Source: Amoebidium appalachense (lineage: Eukaryota > Protista > Ichthyosporea). From it: 64,000 nt of DNA. This document shows, piece by piece, positions 37,247-49,996 of the stretch (position 1 is the stretch's first letter; each line of letters starts with the position of its first letter). The notes below the pieces were generated by a model. That model did not search any database and was not told the origin of the DNA. It saw only the letters and a list, made by a program, of their open reading frames with translations. Location of the stretch: contig CAVNZM010000004.1 in NCBI GenBank assembly GCA_963693365.1, positions 62,001 through 126,000 on the forward strand, read 5' to 3'. The position numbers were made by a program, and so were the translations under genes.

Positions 37247-39899
37247 CAACGTGCCTGTGTGTGTGTGTGTGTGTGTGGCAACGTGTGTGTGTGTGTGGTG
37301 TGTGTGTGTAGGGCAACGTGTCTGTCTGTGTGTGTGTATCTCTCTCTGTGTGTGTGTGTTTGTGTGTGTGTGTGTGGCAGCGTGCGTGTCTCGCTGTGTG
37401 TGTGTGTGTGTGTGTGTGTCATGATTGACGACATAGGTTCAGAAGAAGAGTGTGTATCACTACGTTGCAGTTTTCACATACTTTGTAGTTCACGCGCGCG
37501 GAGGCATAATGTTAACGTGCGTTACCGGTTATAGAAAGCACAAGCGTAACTAGCGTTTTATATCATAAATAGTCATAAAATGGTAACGTTCATTATAACT
37601 ACGATGCATGAGAATAGAATGATATCAATAATACATACATTAGATATCGTACGGATATCTTGCGATATATCATCTGGTGTCCGGAGAATGTGCACGTGCC
37701 TGTGATGTGCACCCGCCCTAATGCAGTAAGGTATTCTTTTCAGGCGCTAATAAACCTTCAAAGGTGGTAACATCCTCGGAACACACAAAATATAAAATTG
37801 CAATAAATAACCATTTTCCTGCTTCGATGCTCGAAATTGGTACTATGTAGTTACTAGATTGCTCTATTTTGCCTAGTGTTTAGTGTTTCGGACGTTCGCA
37901 ATTTACACTCTTCCACATGGCACTTGCCAAATGGGGTAATTTAGTTTTATTTGCGGCCATTGTGGTTGCGTGTTTATCTAACAAATATCATTATGAGATG
38001 TTTATGACCCCTGTGGGATATGTACAAGATCAGACCATAGAAGATCAGGTCGTTGCGATGTCGTAAAGATGGCAGAAACATATCTTCATTAGATGTATGC
38101 GATAATCTCAATTAAACATGAAACGTGATTGGCTGATCACAGTTGGGTGACCCTGAGCATGCCGTTTTGAAGAATAACAACCAATCAAAATCGGGTTTGC
38201 CATTTTGTGATTTTCGTCCCACAATCGAACGGAAAAGTGATTTCCTGGCCCTATATAAATGGCCGTGCCATGCCACCATCACATTCAGATGGCCGCAATG
38301 AGCCCCGCAATGCCCCGTGTGAGTAATTGGCGGGTTTCCCAACGATTGCTCAGCTGGCTTGATCACAAAAATTTTCTTTGCGCGTATATCGCAACCATTC
38401 TCATCGGACATCTAATAGACATCTAAAGGATTTTTCGATTGTTCTTCTGATATCTTTCTAATATCCACAATGCTGCCGTTTAGATATCACATTGATGTAC
38501 TTACAAAAGACACTGACCTTCTACTGCACGGATGTTCTTCTGATATCTTTCTAATATCCACAATACTGCCGCTTAGATATCACTGGGATGGCAAGCTTAT
38601 GTATCATATACTTATGAATTCGATATATAAATATATCCCTATGCGGATATCGCAATGATAATCTAAGGGCCTCTAAAAGATATGTAGATGATACCTCGTG
38701 GACTACTGCTCTGGACAGATTAGGATATTCAAATGATAGGTTACAGCATATCACATTGATGTACATAGCGACATCTTACCGATATCAATCACACAACTCA
38801 CTAGTTATTATTTAGATATATCAGGTACATATCCTTACGACGTGTACAAAGATATGAATTAGATATCGTAGCTTGGGCCTGCAAAGAGGCAGTTGTGATA
38901 TGTTTGAGATGTAGGACCAAAAACAGATAACATATTGAATATAAAAGGGATATCAAAAAGAATATCAAAAGGATACCCACAATGCTGCCGTTTTAGACAG
39001 AGCGGGATATTCAAATGATAAGTTACAGCATATCACATTGATGTACATAGGGGCATCTTACACATACCAATCACATATATCACAAGTCTTTATTTAGATA
39101 TATTTGGTACATATCCTTACGACCTGTACAATGATATGAATTAGATATCATATCTTGGGCCTGTGGACAAAGGGATATCCGAAAGGATATCAAAAGGATG
39201 TCTTCAACATGCCTACTGGTTGTGTACAAGGGTATCTTCTGGATTACCCCCATGGGCGCATAACGATATCAAAAAAATGGTTGTAGGTACATCACAACGA
39301 TGTCCAGACGATATCAAAACAACATCTGTATTATATTCAATTTATAAGCATACATGTTATCCATCAGATATCACGTGGATATCAATTTGTATTGTCCCAC
39401 GACATCAGGTAGATATCGTCATGTAATGCGTATTGGATGGGATTAAGATATTCTATAATGAGGGATATCTGTAGGCTATAACAAAGACATCTAACAGATA
39501 TCGTTTGGGGCACCAATATCCTAAACGTATGTGAAACATATCCAAAAGAGCTATTATGACCTTGCTAACATACATATCACTAGGATAGCATATGGATATC
39601 ATAATGCTATGAGGAAATTTTGAGATTTTCGGTCAAAAACCAAAACCATCGTGGTTTTCTATGATATCGTAAGGATATCGTAAGGATATCAGCAAAGGAT
39701 GGGTTTCGGATATGCGCCATACCATAACCAATCCGAACCCTATCAAAGATATCATTGATAGGGATCTGATGGGTTCTATCCGGGAATTCTATGATATCTT
39801 GTCAGGCTCTTTTTGACGTATTTAGGGTGGGGTTTGGTATGCCATATATCAAAATGATATATAAGATGGGTTTCGGATGCCGGATGAAGTTTGCTGATG

Positions 39900-40818
39900 G
39901 TGTCTACATCAAGACCTTCCCCAACGGTGACATCATCCTCACTGGCAACTATGTGGACGACGTCATCATCATCTGCACGGCCAACTCTTCCCACACCAAG
40001 GATCTAGTAGACCACATCATGAAGTCAGCTCTCTGCAAGGTCGACCTCCCCGACATCTTCCTCGGCACACACTGTCTCATCCACACCCCCGGTCACCTCA
40101 AGCTGCTTCAACAGTCTTACATCAACGACATCGTCAGAAACTTCAACCTCAACAATGCCAACCCCAAGGCCACTCCCATCCCCGTCGGCACCGTCATCAC
40201 CATCAACGAGAACGACTCACCACCCATCAAGGTTCCATACCGTGAACTACTCGGCCGTCTTTTATGGGTTGCTCGTTGTTTCCGGCCCGACATCTCCTTT
40301 GCCATCGACTACCTCGGTAGATTCAGTGCCAACCCCATCAAACTTGCATGGGAATGTCTGCTCCGTGTAGTTCGTTACCTCATCGGCACTTCCAACCTCG
40401 GCCTTCACTACGACAAGTCTGCATCCGACGACAACACCCCCTTGCTGGAGTGTTATTCTGATGCCTGACTTTGCTAACTGCCCCAACACCCGTCGTTCAA
40501 CCACCGGATACGTCATCTTCTTCAAGGGCATCCCCATCACATGGTATTCGAAGCTGCAGTCCATCACGGCAACATCCACCACCGAGGCTGAGCTTCTGGC
40601 CATCAATGATGCTGTTCAAAACGTCATCTGGCACCGTGATCTCCTCCGTGAACTCGGCTACCCGATGACCGACCCCACCCCCGTCTACTGTGACAACCAA
40701 TCCACCATTGCCCTCCTGCACACCAACAGCATCAAGCACCGGACCAAACACATTGCCGTCCGGTACCACAACACGAAGGACTACATCAAGAGTGGGGATG
40801 TGGTCGTCACCTACGTGT
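39900..40818 (+). pseudogene. Copia RT C-terminal half and RNase H (frameshift near 40462)
   Basis: NYVDDVII, PYRELLG, RPDISFA, YSDA/DFA...RRSTTGY, STTEAE, YCDNQS, RTKHIAVRYH. Confidence 0.95.
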
Positions 40819-41800
40819 CGCAAAGTCGTTAATATTTATTATATTCTAATTGGTTCTAAATCACGAAAGCTTATGACTCTATATTGGAGAACTTTTCATC
40901 ATACGAGAGCATGCGAGTAATGAGAAAGCGAGCCAAGAAACAACCACAAAATGTATTTAAAAATACGCCAATTATAATAGAGCCAAGAGCCAAGAGCATC
41001 CTATAACAGAGCCAAGAGATTGCAAAGGGTAATTACCCAGGAAATACAAGCGTCAGGTGTGAACATGAAAAACATCGCCAAAGTATCAGTCTGTTCTGTG
41101 GAATTCATATTTATTGATATTCATTATTATCATTGGCTGGACAGTGAGCCACTGGCTCACTAGTTACGTAACCATCAGATCCCTAGTGGGAAATTAGAGT
41201 GTGTATAGAGTGTGTCAAATCGAAGTCTTAAAATATTATACTGACATTTGAGTGATAAATAGTGTTGCACATAAGCTATAAATATATTCACTGAGATATT
41301 ATTAGGTACAGTTGTACATATGAATTGTATTGTATGAGACCATGTCTGAATGCACAGTGAGCCGCGAACTACCGGGGTTCGTAATCTTAGATGACTGGCG
41401 ATTCTACTTTTGATAGGTTAATCTTTGCTCGGCGAAATTCATAATCAGCGAGTAGTATACAATTAGTAATCGTGTAGTCATCGGGATTTTCTTAGAAACT
41501 TCTTATAGGACTTTCGGGAACCTTCCAGCTAGTATATAAACCGCGTTTAGTTTCAGTCTTAGACAGGTAGACCAACCGATTCCTCGATGTAGTTACAACC
41601 CTTGCGCTTAGTTAGATCGGTAATTTCCTCTCGATACGTCTCCAGTCGTCTACGTTGTAGGTGGTGCATCGGCATTTCGTCTCATATCAACCCTCTACAT
41701 TCCTGTGTATGGCCAGGCTGCCTACTAGAAATAAACAGCATTGACAAACTAAAACTAACTTATGCGTAATCTACTGGCTGCTTTACTGCCGTCCTTTTCG
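40819..41800 (+). repeat. Gypsy 5' LTR (982 bp)
   Basis: Direct repeat of 55005-55985; TATATAAA near 41534; AATAAA near 41729. Confidence 0.95.
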
Positions 41801-41811
41801 TGGTAGCAGAG
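41801..41811 (+). promoter_or_regulatory. Gypsy primer-binding site TGGTAGCAGAG (3' end of initiator tRNA-Met, animal-type sequence)
   Basis: Directly after the LTR; complementary to ...CUCUGCUACCA. Confidence 0.88.
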
Positions 41812-41907
41812 ACACCTGCGTGGGCTTAGCAACGTGTCCGCATTATTGCAAACTCTCCGACAGTACAAGTAGCTAGTACTCACATACCTCAAGATAAAAA
41901 TATCACC

Positions 41908-43804
41908 ATGGCACCCTCCACACGTAGTCAGAAAAACATTAACTCCGATGAGGAGAACGAGCGCCCCGTCTCTCCCGTTCTGAGTGAGAACGAGGAACTT
42001 CGAAGAGACAGATTACATAACAGAGAAGCGCAACAGCGAGAGCGAGAAGGAAGAAAAAGACACCACTGAAGGTAAACACTATCTTAAACGCTATACTGGT
42101 GATAAATTTTATGGTGAAATATCAGATATTACCAACACTGCACGTGCCCATGTTGAATCTTATATTAAACAAATTACGGATCATATTAACCGTTTCAACT
42201 TTAGCGCAAAAGAGGGATGTAATTTATTGGTTGACCAGTGCAAAGGCACTGCAAGGGAACTACTCACAGACCAAACAGTGTCCAAATTATATAAAGAACA
42301 CAACAGCTACAACGAAGTATTTAAAGCACTCTGTCAAATATTGCGTGATGAATATAATAGCCCTGCCGCACGCATAGGCGCACTATCTAAATATAATAAT
42401 TATAAAATGAAGCCAGGAGAATCATTCGGAAAGTATATGGCAGTAAAAAGAAAATTAGCTATAATTGCAAATGAACCATCTAGTGGAGAGAAATTCTGTT
42501 TTAAATTATGGGAAGGTATACCCGCACACCTTAAAGCTAAACTACCTGCAGATGCACCACGCAATTTAGATGTACTTAGAAGTGCCTGCGAATATCAAAT
42601 GGCTATCTCCGAAAATCCAGATAATAATAGAAAAATTTCATTTTCCACTGTAAATGTCGTACAAGAACCCCAAACCCCTAATCCACAAAATCCCAGCCCC
42701 CCCCCATACTCTCCCAATTACTCCCCCAACCGCCCCTTCTCACCACCGAATTACCCCGCCAACCGCCCCTTCTCACCACACACCCGCCCCCGCACAAACG
42801 CGTATAACGCATACCGCCGCCGCAATCACAATAATGATCCCCGCTTCCGCAACCGAAAACACTGTGTATTCCACCCCAACTCACGTTCTCATAACACAGT
42901 TGACTGCACCCTCACCCGCGAATATTTCGCCAACAATGGGCAGCTCAACAACACCAGTGTCACCTCCAACCCCGCCAACAACAACACCAACACCGCCAAT
43001 CGCGCCATCCGCGTGCAGGTTAACAATGCCCGCCCGCCCACCCCGCACTCGCGTACCACTCATGCACGTGACCAAGCTAACCTGGTGATGACTGTCGAAC
43101 CTGATTTCGACGACATGGCGTATTTTGTGCGCGACGAAAATTTAGGTGCGACCCCCCTGCGCATGCGCCGAATTTTCGATTCAAGTGACGAAGAGGATTC
43201 CGATGATGATGCGAGCCACAAGATTTACTCCGCCGCTGCAGCCAAAATTATCATTACCATTAACAGCCCGGACAGCAACGCAACACACGACGGAGAGGAC
43301 ACCGATCCCGATATGCCCCCCCTGTTATCCGAATCCGATGCCGACAACGACACCGCATGCCTCGCCGATACGCCCGACCGCACGGTGAGCCCTTCGCCCA
43401 TGCAAACTGAGGAGGCGTACAGTCCCGAAACCACCGGCGCTTGGTGCTGCAGCGAGCTCACACACGCACTTGCCCCCGGCGACATGAACTTTCTTGAAAA
43501 CATGATTGCCCAAACGGTGTTTGCTAGGGATAACTTCCGCAACGACCCAGAGGATCCCCACCACGCCGCAATGATCACCTTCCAGCACATGTGGTTCGAC
43601 ACTCTTCTCAAGGAACACGACATGTTCATGATCAACCTTATCCGCCGCCATCTTAAGCTCGGCCACCTTGATCCCGACACTTGCATCGATCACGTGATGT
43701 CTCATGTGCACAGAGTGCTGTACGGCAAGCCCCCGACCACTGTCTTCAAGTATTGGGAATATGTTGCCATGATTTACGAGGATGGTCTGTTCAACAAAGA
43801 GTGA
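41908..43804 (+). CDS. Gypsy gag (ATG 41908, one frameshift near 42050) with a long C-terminal extension
   Basis: ORF 41984-43804 with MKPGESFGKY capsid-like motif and CVFHPNSRSHNTVDC knuckle. Confidence 0.8.
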
Positions 43805-45363
43805 CGGCCATCTGATTCCCTTCGAATTATCGGAAGGTAAGGCATCTGTACCCTATATTCGTACGTCTGCCACTATGCTCGATTGTGAAATAAATGGCAT
43901 TCCCACATATGCGTGTATGGACACAGGTGCTGGTCCGGCTATTATGTCTCGAGCGCAGGCAGATCACTTTGGTGTGAAATATAGCAAGATCCCCCCCGTA
44001 GCTATCTATGGGATAGGAAATCAGTCAGTTAACGTACACAGCCAGGGCATGGTAGAGATATGTTTAATTGGGAAAGATGGTTTACGTGTTTCTGTTAACT
44101 ACCCCTTTCGTATTACAGACACACACAACACACCCCAAACCCCCGTACAGACACCTGTGCTCCTAGGGAATAGTTTTTGGGCAGCTCTAGCAGCAGTGTG
44201 CACAGTCACGTATACTTGGCACTCCCTTACTCTATCTCTCCCTGATGGTAGAACAACTGAAATCCCTACTCACACACACCACTCCCACCCTTCCCCCCCT
44301 CCCCCCCACCCACACCACACATTCCACACACACAGAATCCCGCACTATGATCAAGAAGCACTGCCAAAACCCCATGGGTTTCTTAGAGGACCACATTCTC
44401 TTTGGCTCCTACAACCCCAAGTACCACACCCACATGGACCCCTACTGGAGCCCACCCACGTGGCCCACAGTAGCCACCCCCAGCTACTCTCCTATCTCCA
44501 CTCCCCGCATGCCCAGCCCCGCTAACTCACCTACGGTGAACAAGCGCATCAAGATGGAGCCCATGGTGGAGTATGCCGTGAATACCCCTCCCGTACCGCT
44601 GGTTGCCTACGCAGCCGCTGATATCTGCGATGACGCTGCCACAGGTACACACCCCCACCCCCCCCTGCATCCCCCCCCTTCCTTTAGTCAGTCATCCCCT
44701 ACCACAACTTTTGTTGCTAGATGCTCGCACCAACAACACCTCTCTCCCGGACTTAACACAATTGATGTCACCATACACCCCCCCCCTCCTCCCGGCCCCT
44801 TCGCTGCTACATTTATTACCACAAAAGATTTAAATAACACACACAGAAGCATGGTATGCCCCATAGTCACATATGCCACCACACACCCCGTATCCATCCC
44901 CATTGTTAACTACTCAAATACATCCATACTACCACGGGATTATGTAGTGGCAACTGTAGACTTGCTTGACATGGAAAACGAAACACTGCACACACTCACT
45001 AAGGGCTTAGTAGGCAAGATTTTCCCCGAAACATTTGGACCTACCTCCGGTGGTGCCCCACAGGGACATGCGCGCCCCCTGCCGTTGTCCCCTGAGACAG
45101 CTCTGTTACTCAACGAGCAGCTGGACCTGACAGCACCTACGCCACACCCGCAAGAGTTAGCACCAGACACAATTTTAGAGTCATCTGAGATTATTGAATA
45201 CTGCCCTCTAGCCTTTATGTGTACGTGTTATCACAAACCTGCTTCTTGTGACGCGTGTAAAAGGAAGATTCGTGGTTGCACTGTGCCCCACAATTATTGT
45301 CTTTTGTCGCATTCCCCCCTCCCCCCCCACCCCCCCCACCCCACCCCCTCCAGGGCAGGATGA
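43782..45363 (+). CDS. Gypsy aspartic protease and PR-RT spacer; frameshifts fall in poly-C tracts
   Basis: ACMDTGAG (DTG) and VLLGNSF motifs. Confidence 0.8.
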
Positions 45364-48300
45364 CACCTCTTTCTATTCAGGGGTAAGCAACGACAGCATT
45401 ATCTCTTATACTTATGCAACCGCCGGAGATACATGTGTATTTACTTACACAAACGCACAGCCTAGCGTTAAAATTACTGTTAACGAGAATATGCCCAAAA
45501 ATGGCAACTCACCAAATACAGCATTCATAGGCGTTGGTAGCGCATTTATAGAGGATGACTCGGATGTAGAGGCTGGTGGCAGTGGTAGTGTACCCCCACC
45601 ACCCATATCGGACTCACCGGTTCCTGCGGAACCGAAGTTTGGTGAGCGCTTAAATAAAACACAAATTATTCAACTTAAACAAGTGATTGCACGGTATCCT
45701 GAGGTGTTCAGAGTCAGAGTGGCGTCCATGGCAAAATTAGGTGTCAAACATTACATAGACGTAGGAAACCACCCCCCCATTGCCCGCAAACCTTACCGCA
45801 CTTCACACGCAGAAAGGGAGGCAATACGCAAAGAAATAGCAGAAATGCTTAAAATAGGTGTGATCGAACCGAGTACAAGTGCATGGGCAAGCCCAGTAGT
45901 ATTAGTTCCAAAGAAAAACACCAACAAATTACGATTTTGTGTTGACTACCGCCAAACATGCAATGCCGTAGCTAAAAAGAATGCATACCCCCTCCCCTCC
46001 ATACAAGAAGCACTTGACTCTTTTGCCGGTTGTGTTATATTTACTGTTTTCGATTTGGCTCATGGTTACTGGCTCATCCCAATGGAAGAGAGTTCTAAAG
46101 AAATTACTGCTTTTACAACACACATGGGACTTTTTCAATTTAAAGACATGCCATTCGGTTTATCTGCTGCTCCCGGTACCTTCCAAAAGTGCGTAAATCA
46201 AATAATTAATGGCGCACATGAATATGCAAAAGCATACTTAGATGACATTATAGTGGCATCAAAGTCCTTTGAAGAACACACAGTGCACGTAGAAGATATA
46301 CTAAGGCGCTTAGATGATGCAGGTGCATGCGTACAAATAAGTAAATGTGCATTTGGCACACACAGCACACCGTACCTGGGACACGTAGTATCAGTAGATG
46401 GCATCTCCGTAGATGAGTCCAAAATCGAAAAGGTAAGAGATTGGCCTGTACCACAAAATATAAGTGAGCTTCGGTCATTTTTAGGTTTAGCCAATTACTA
46501 CCGCCGCTTTGTCTCTAACTTTGCTTCTGTTACCGCCCCCCTCCGCCAACTACAACGCGCTGAAGCAATATGGAGATGGAGTGAGCAGCAACAACACGCA
46601 TTCCACACACTGAAGCAATTATTAATATCCGCACCCATTCTTGCGCACCCCCGCTTTGATAGAGAATTTACACTGTACACTGATGCAAGCTACTCAGGAC
46701 TTGGTGCCGTGTTAGAGCAAGTAGATGACGAAGGATTATCACATGTTATTGCTTATGCTAGCCGCTCCTTACATGACACAGAAACGAGATATGCAGTTAC
46801 AGAATTAGAGTGTGCCGCACTTGTGTGGGCAACAGAACACTTCCGCCCTTATTTATTTCAAACACACTTTAAAGTTGTATGCGACCACACAGCACTGAAA
46901 GCACTACTTACCAAAGAATTGCCGAATCCGAGGCTGCAGAGGTGGGCACTCAAATTACAAGCAATGGATTTCACAATTATAGCCCGCCCCGGCACACAAC
47001 ATGTTAATGCTGACGCCCCTTCCCGCCTCCCTGCAGTGTCCGCCACGGCACGCACACGTGCACCTGTGAACGACACAAGCACACACGTCAACTTGGATAC
47101 ATATAATATTATGCCTACACAACGACAGGAGCCGGTTCTCCGCGAGGGGGAGAGACCTATTGCGGCCCAACAAGTTGACAGCACGATTTTTGCGCAAAAC
47201 GTGAAAGCGCTACGAGAGGCACAGTCTTTAGAGACGCCCGACATGGCTTACATCACTAAAGATTCATTGCGTAGCAGCTCCAAAAGACGGAGAGCGGAAG
47301 CTCAAGTGAATGAAACAACACAGAACAACACATGTGCACACAAAAGCAACACAGACCACACACACACACACACACCCCACACACAAAACGACACACAACA
47401 CACAGACACAGACACACCAGACACACAATTCGACCTACCACACACACAAAACGACACACAGCACACAGAGACAGACACACCAGACACACAGAACGACACA
47501 CCACCCCACACACAGAACACACACCACAGTGAACACACACCACCCACAGACACACAACACCACACACACAAAAACACCACTTCCTTACCAGACACACCGA
47601 CAGCGACCACCCCCCCAACAAAGCGAGCAAAACGTACTACACACCAAAACAAAGATACAGAAAAGACACTTACACACTGGATAGAGCCACGTTTTCGACA
47701 CTTAACTCCCACAGAAGTACGGGCATACCAACAAAACGACACTAGATGCAGAGCGATTATTGAGTATGTAACGAAAAAGATAGTACCGACGGATGATAAA
47801 GTATACAGAGAGATACTTTTGTGCAAGGATGCGTATATGGTGCACGACAATATTCTATACAGAGTGAGCATACCACAGACAAGGAAAGATCCTAAAGATG
47901 TACTACGGCACACCCTTTATGTTCCCTACGGCTTAAGACACAACACATTCGCTGCGTGCCACGAAGATCTATCAGCAGGTCACTATGGTTTTAGCAAAAC
48001 TTATCTCAGAGTGTGCGAACGCTTTTTCTGGCCCAATATGTACGCTGATATTCTAGCATGGTGCCGTGCATGCAAAACTTGTGCAACACGGAAATCTTAC
48101 CCGCGCACACGTATGCCATCCACCTATAGGGAAACCGAGGGACCACTCGATGTAGTAGCACTAGACATAGTCGGCCCATTCTCCCCAGCAACCCTGAACG
48201 GGAATACACACATATTAGTAGCTGTAGACGAATTTACCCGATGGCCAGAAGCTTGGCCCATGACTGAGCCAACCTCCGAGAAGATAGCAAAAATATTAGT

Positions 48301-48460
48301 CGAAGAATTCATATGCAGACACGGTGTTGCAAAGACTTTTCGTTTAGACAGAGCCAACTATTTTAAAAGCCACCTGTTTCTAGCAGTATGTCAGGCATTA
48401 GGTACGGACGCAAAACTTACACCAGCATATTATCATGATGCAAACGGACAGTGTGAAAAA
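45248..48460 (+). CDS. Gypsy pol RT-RNase H-integrase, interrupted at 48460
   Basis: PYR, WASPVVLVPKK, LRFCVDYR, MPFGL, YLDD; YTDAS, ELEC, CDH, NADA; HEDLSAGHYG...CKTC, LDIVGP, LDRANYF, NGQCE. Confidence 0.97.
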
Positions 48461-48826
48461 GGTTTTATTTGTGGAAATTATTGACATAAATATTTTTCTG
48501 GGTAAACACGTAGGATGGGTGTCCGATATCAACAGGCTTTGTTTCATGTTTTAGCAGTTCGCGTTCGGCTGCCCGCATACGGGCACCTATTAGCCGATCA
48601 AAACATCAGATTCCACAGATCACTAGACCGAGTCTGATTGGCTCAGGATAAGATTTCACATAACACTAGATCGGTTTTGATTGGCTCAGTTCGGTAGCCG
48701 TAGGTATATAAGCACGACAGTTTTTAGCAGATCAGCAGGCAACAACACATCTTCTGTGTTTAGCACCTACAGCTTTACAGCTATATTTTCTTTTCACTCT
48801 CCCTATCTTTCCGTACGCCGGTCAGC

Positions 48827-49996
48827 ATGCCGCCGAAAAAGCGCCAGGCCTCAGCCACTGCCCCTGCCGCGGCACCCAAGCGCCTGACCCGCAGCGACCT
48901 CCGCCACAGGCTGACCAACGCTCCCGCGGACACTGACGCGCCTCCAGCGGCCCAGACCACCTCGGACCCGGACCCGCCGGCTAGTCTCCCCTCCCCTCCT
49001 GAAGCCCCCCCTCAGGCCCCGCCGTCCCCGCAGATGACTTCTCAAGACGCCGTCCTTGCCGCCCTTACCGCCATCAGCACCCAGATGGCTGGCGTCCTGG
49101 CTGCTCTCACCAACCGCGACCCTCCCGCGCCCCCCGCCGCGCCCTCCGCACCCGGGGAGGTTTCCCCGGGGCTGCATCTCGGCCCTGACCTAGACCTACC
49201 TGCCCTGCCCGCGCCCCCCATCACAGGTGAGAACACTGGCGACATTCAGCCGGGCACACTCCCGCTTCCCCCCGCGGATGTGCTGGCAGATTTGCGCGCC
49301 AATCGTTTCGTCGACCTGTATAAGTTCACCCCCGCCGCCCTCCTGGCCCCATCCAAGAAAGGTCAGCATCTGCGCATGGCCGACGACGGCAGCATCGAGA
49401 CTTTTCGCCAAGACAAACCCGTTCCCCTGCGTTCACTCGTCATTTGGATCCAGGCTTGGACCCATTACATGGCCGCCAAGCACCACCTCGGCCTCCCCAC
49501 GGACAAAGACGTACTTTGGACTCAGCACATCACTCGCCTCAGCACCCGATACCCGTGGGCCCAGATCCACAACTATGACGTATACGCCCGAACCGTTGCC
49601 CACCAGCAGGGTCGGGCTCCGATCGAGTGTCCCAACCTGCTCGCCCAACTCCACCAGGATCTCCTCTTGCCACCCACTCTGCTCATCCCGGACGCATGTC
49701 AGCGCTGTGGCTTCCCTGACCACCCCAGCGCGGCCTGCCCCATGTACCCCAAGCCCGGCTGTGGTCTTGACGGCTTTAAGCCGCCCCACAAGCCCGGCGG
49801 GGGTCAAACCCCTAACCGCCCTGGCCCGCAACCCGGCCCGGCAAAACCGGCCCGACCCGTGGATCTACCCGCGACGCACTGCAGGAATTTCCACATTAAC
49901 GGTCGGTCCTGCGCTAAGCAGCCCTGCCCCTTCTCCCACGTGTGCCCGCTCTGCTCTGGCACACACCCCCGCAAAGACTGCAAACACAATGCCTAG
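48827..49996 (+). CDS. Ngaro ORF1, gag-like zinc-finger protein
   Basis: CQRCGFPDHPSAAC; CRNF...CAKQPCPFSHVCPLCSGTHPRKDC. Confidence 0.88.
   Translation: MPPKKRQASATAPAAAPKRLTRSDLRHRLTNAPADTDAPPAAQTTSDPDPPASLPSPPEAPPQAPPSPQMTSQDAVLAALTAISTQMAGVLAALTNRDPPAPPAAPSAPGEVSPGLHLGPDLDLPALPAPPITGENTGDIQPGTLPLPPADVLADLRANRFVDLYKFTPAALLAPSKKGQHLRMADDGSIETFRQDKPVPLRSLVIWIQAWTHYMAAKHHLGLPTDKDVLWTQHITRLSTRYPWAQIHNYDVYARTVAHQQGRAPIECPNLLAQLHQDLLLPPTLLIPDACQRCGFPDHPSAACPMYPKPGCGLDGFKPPHKPGGGQTPNRPGPQPGPAKPARPVDLPATHCRNFHINGRSCAKQPCPFSHVCPLCSGTHPRKDCKHNA

Larger units (their letters stand above)
26382..39899. mobile_element. 13.5-kb TIR DNA transposon, CMC/EnSpm-like, no transposase seen
   Basis: Perfect 34-bp TIR CATCAGCAAACTTCATCCGGCATCCGAAACCCAT (26382-26415 and 39866-39899); 2-bp TSD GT; removal restores copia RT codons GAT CCA TGT GTC TAC (DPCVY); body densely seeded with GATATC motifs. 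The superfamily call is inference from the CA terminus and 2-bp TSD. Confidence 0.85.

Noticed and set aside
32250-37553. Helitron (TC...CTAG) or Academ-like element (TAGTTACG/CGTAACTA at ~34093 and ~37545) carrying the satellite
   Set aside because: No convincing 3' hairpin or A|T target site; only an 8-bp inverted match and no TSD
39791-39899. N-terminal extension of the 225-aa RT ORF
   Set aside because: Fortuitous read-in from the right TIR; copia sequence starts at 39900
44280-45350. Programmed frameshifts at ~44300 and ~45330 in gypsy pol
   Set aside because: Both fall in poly-C tracts where sequencing error or slippage is the simpler explanation
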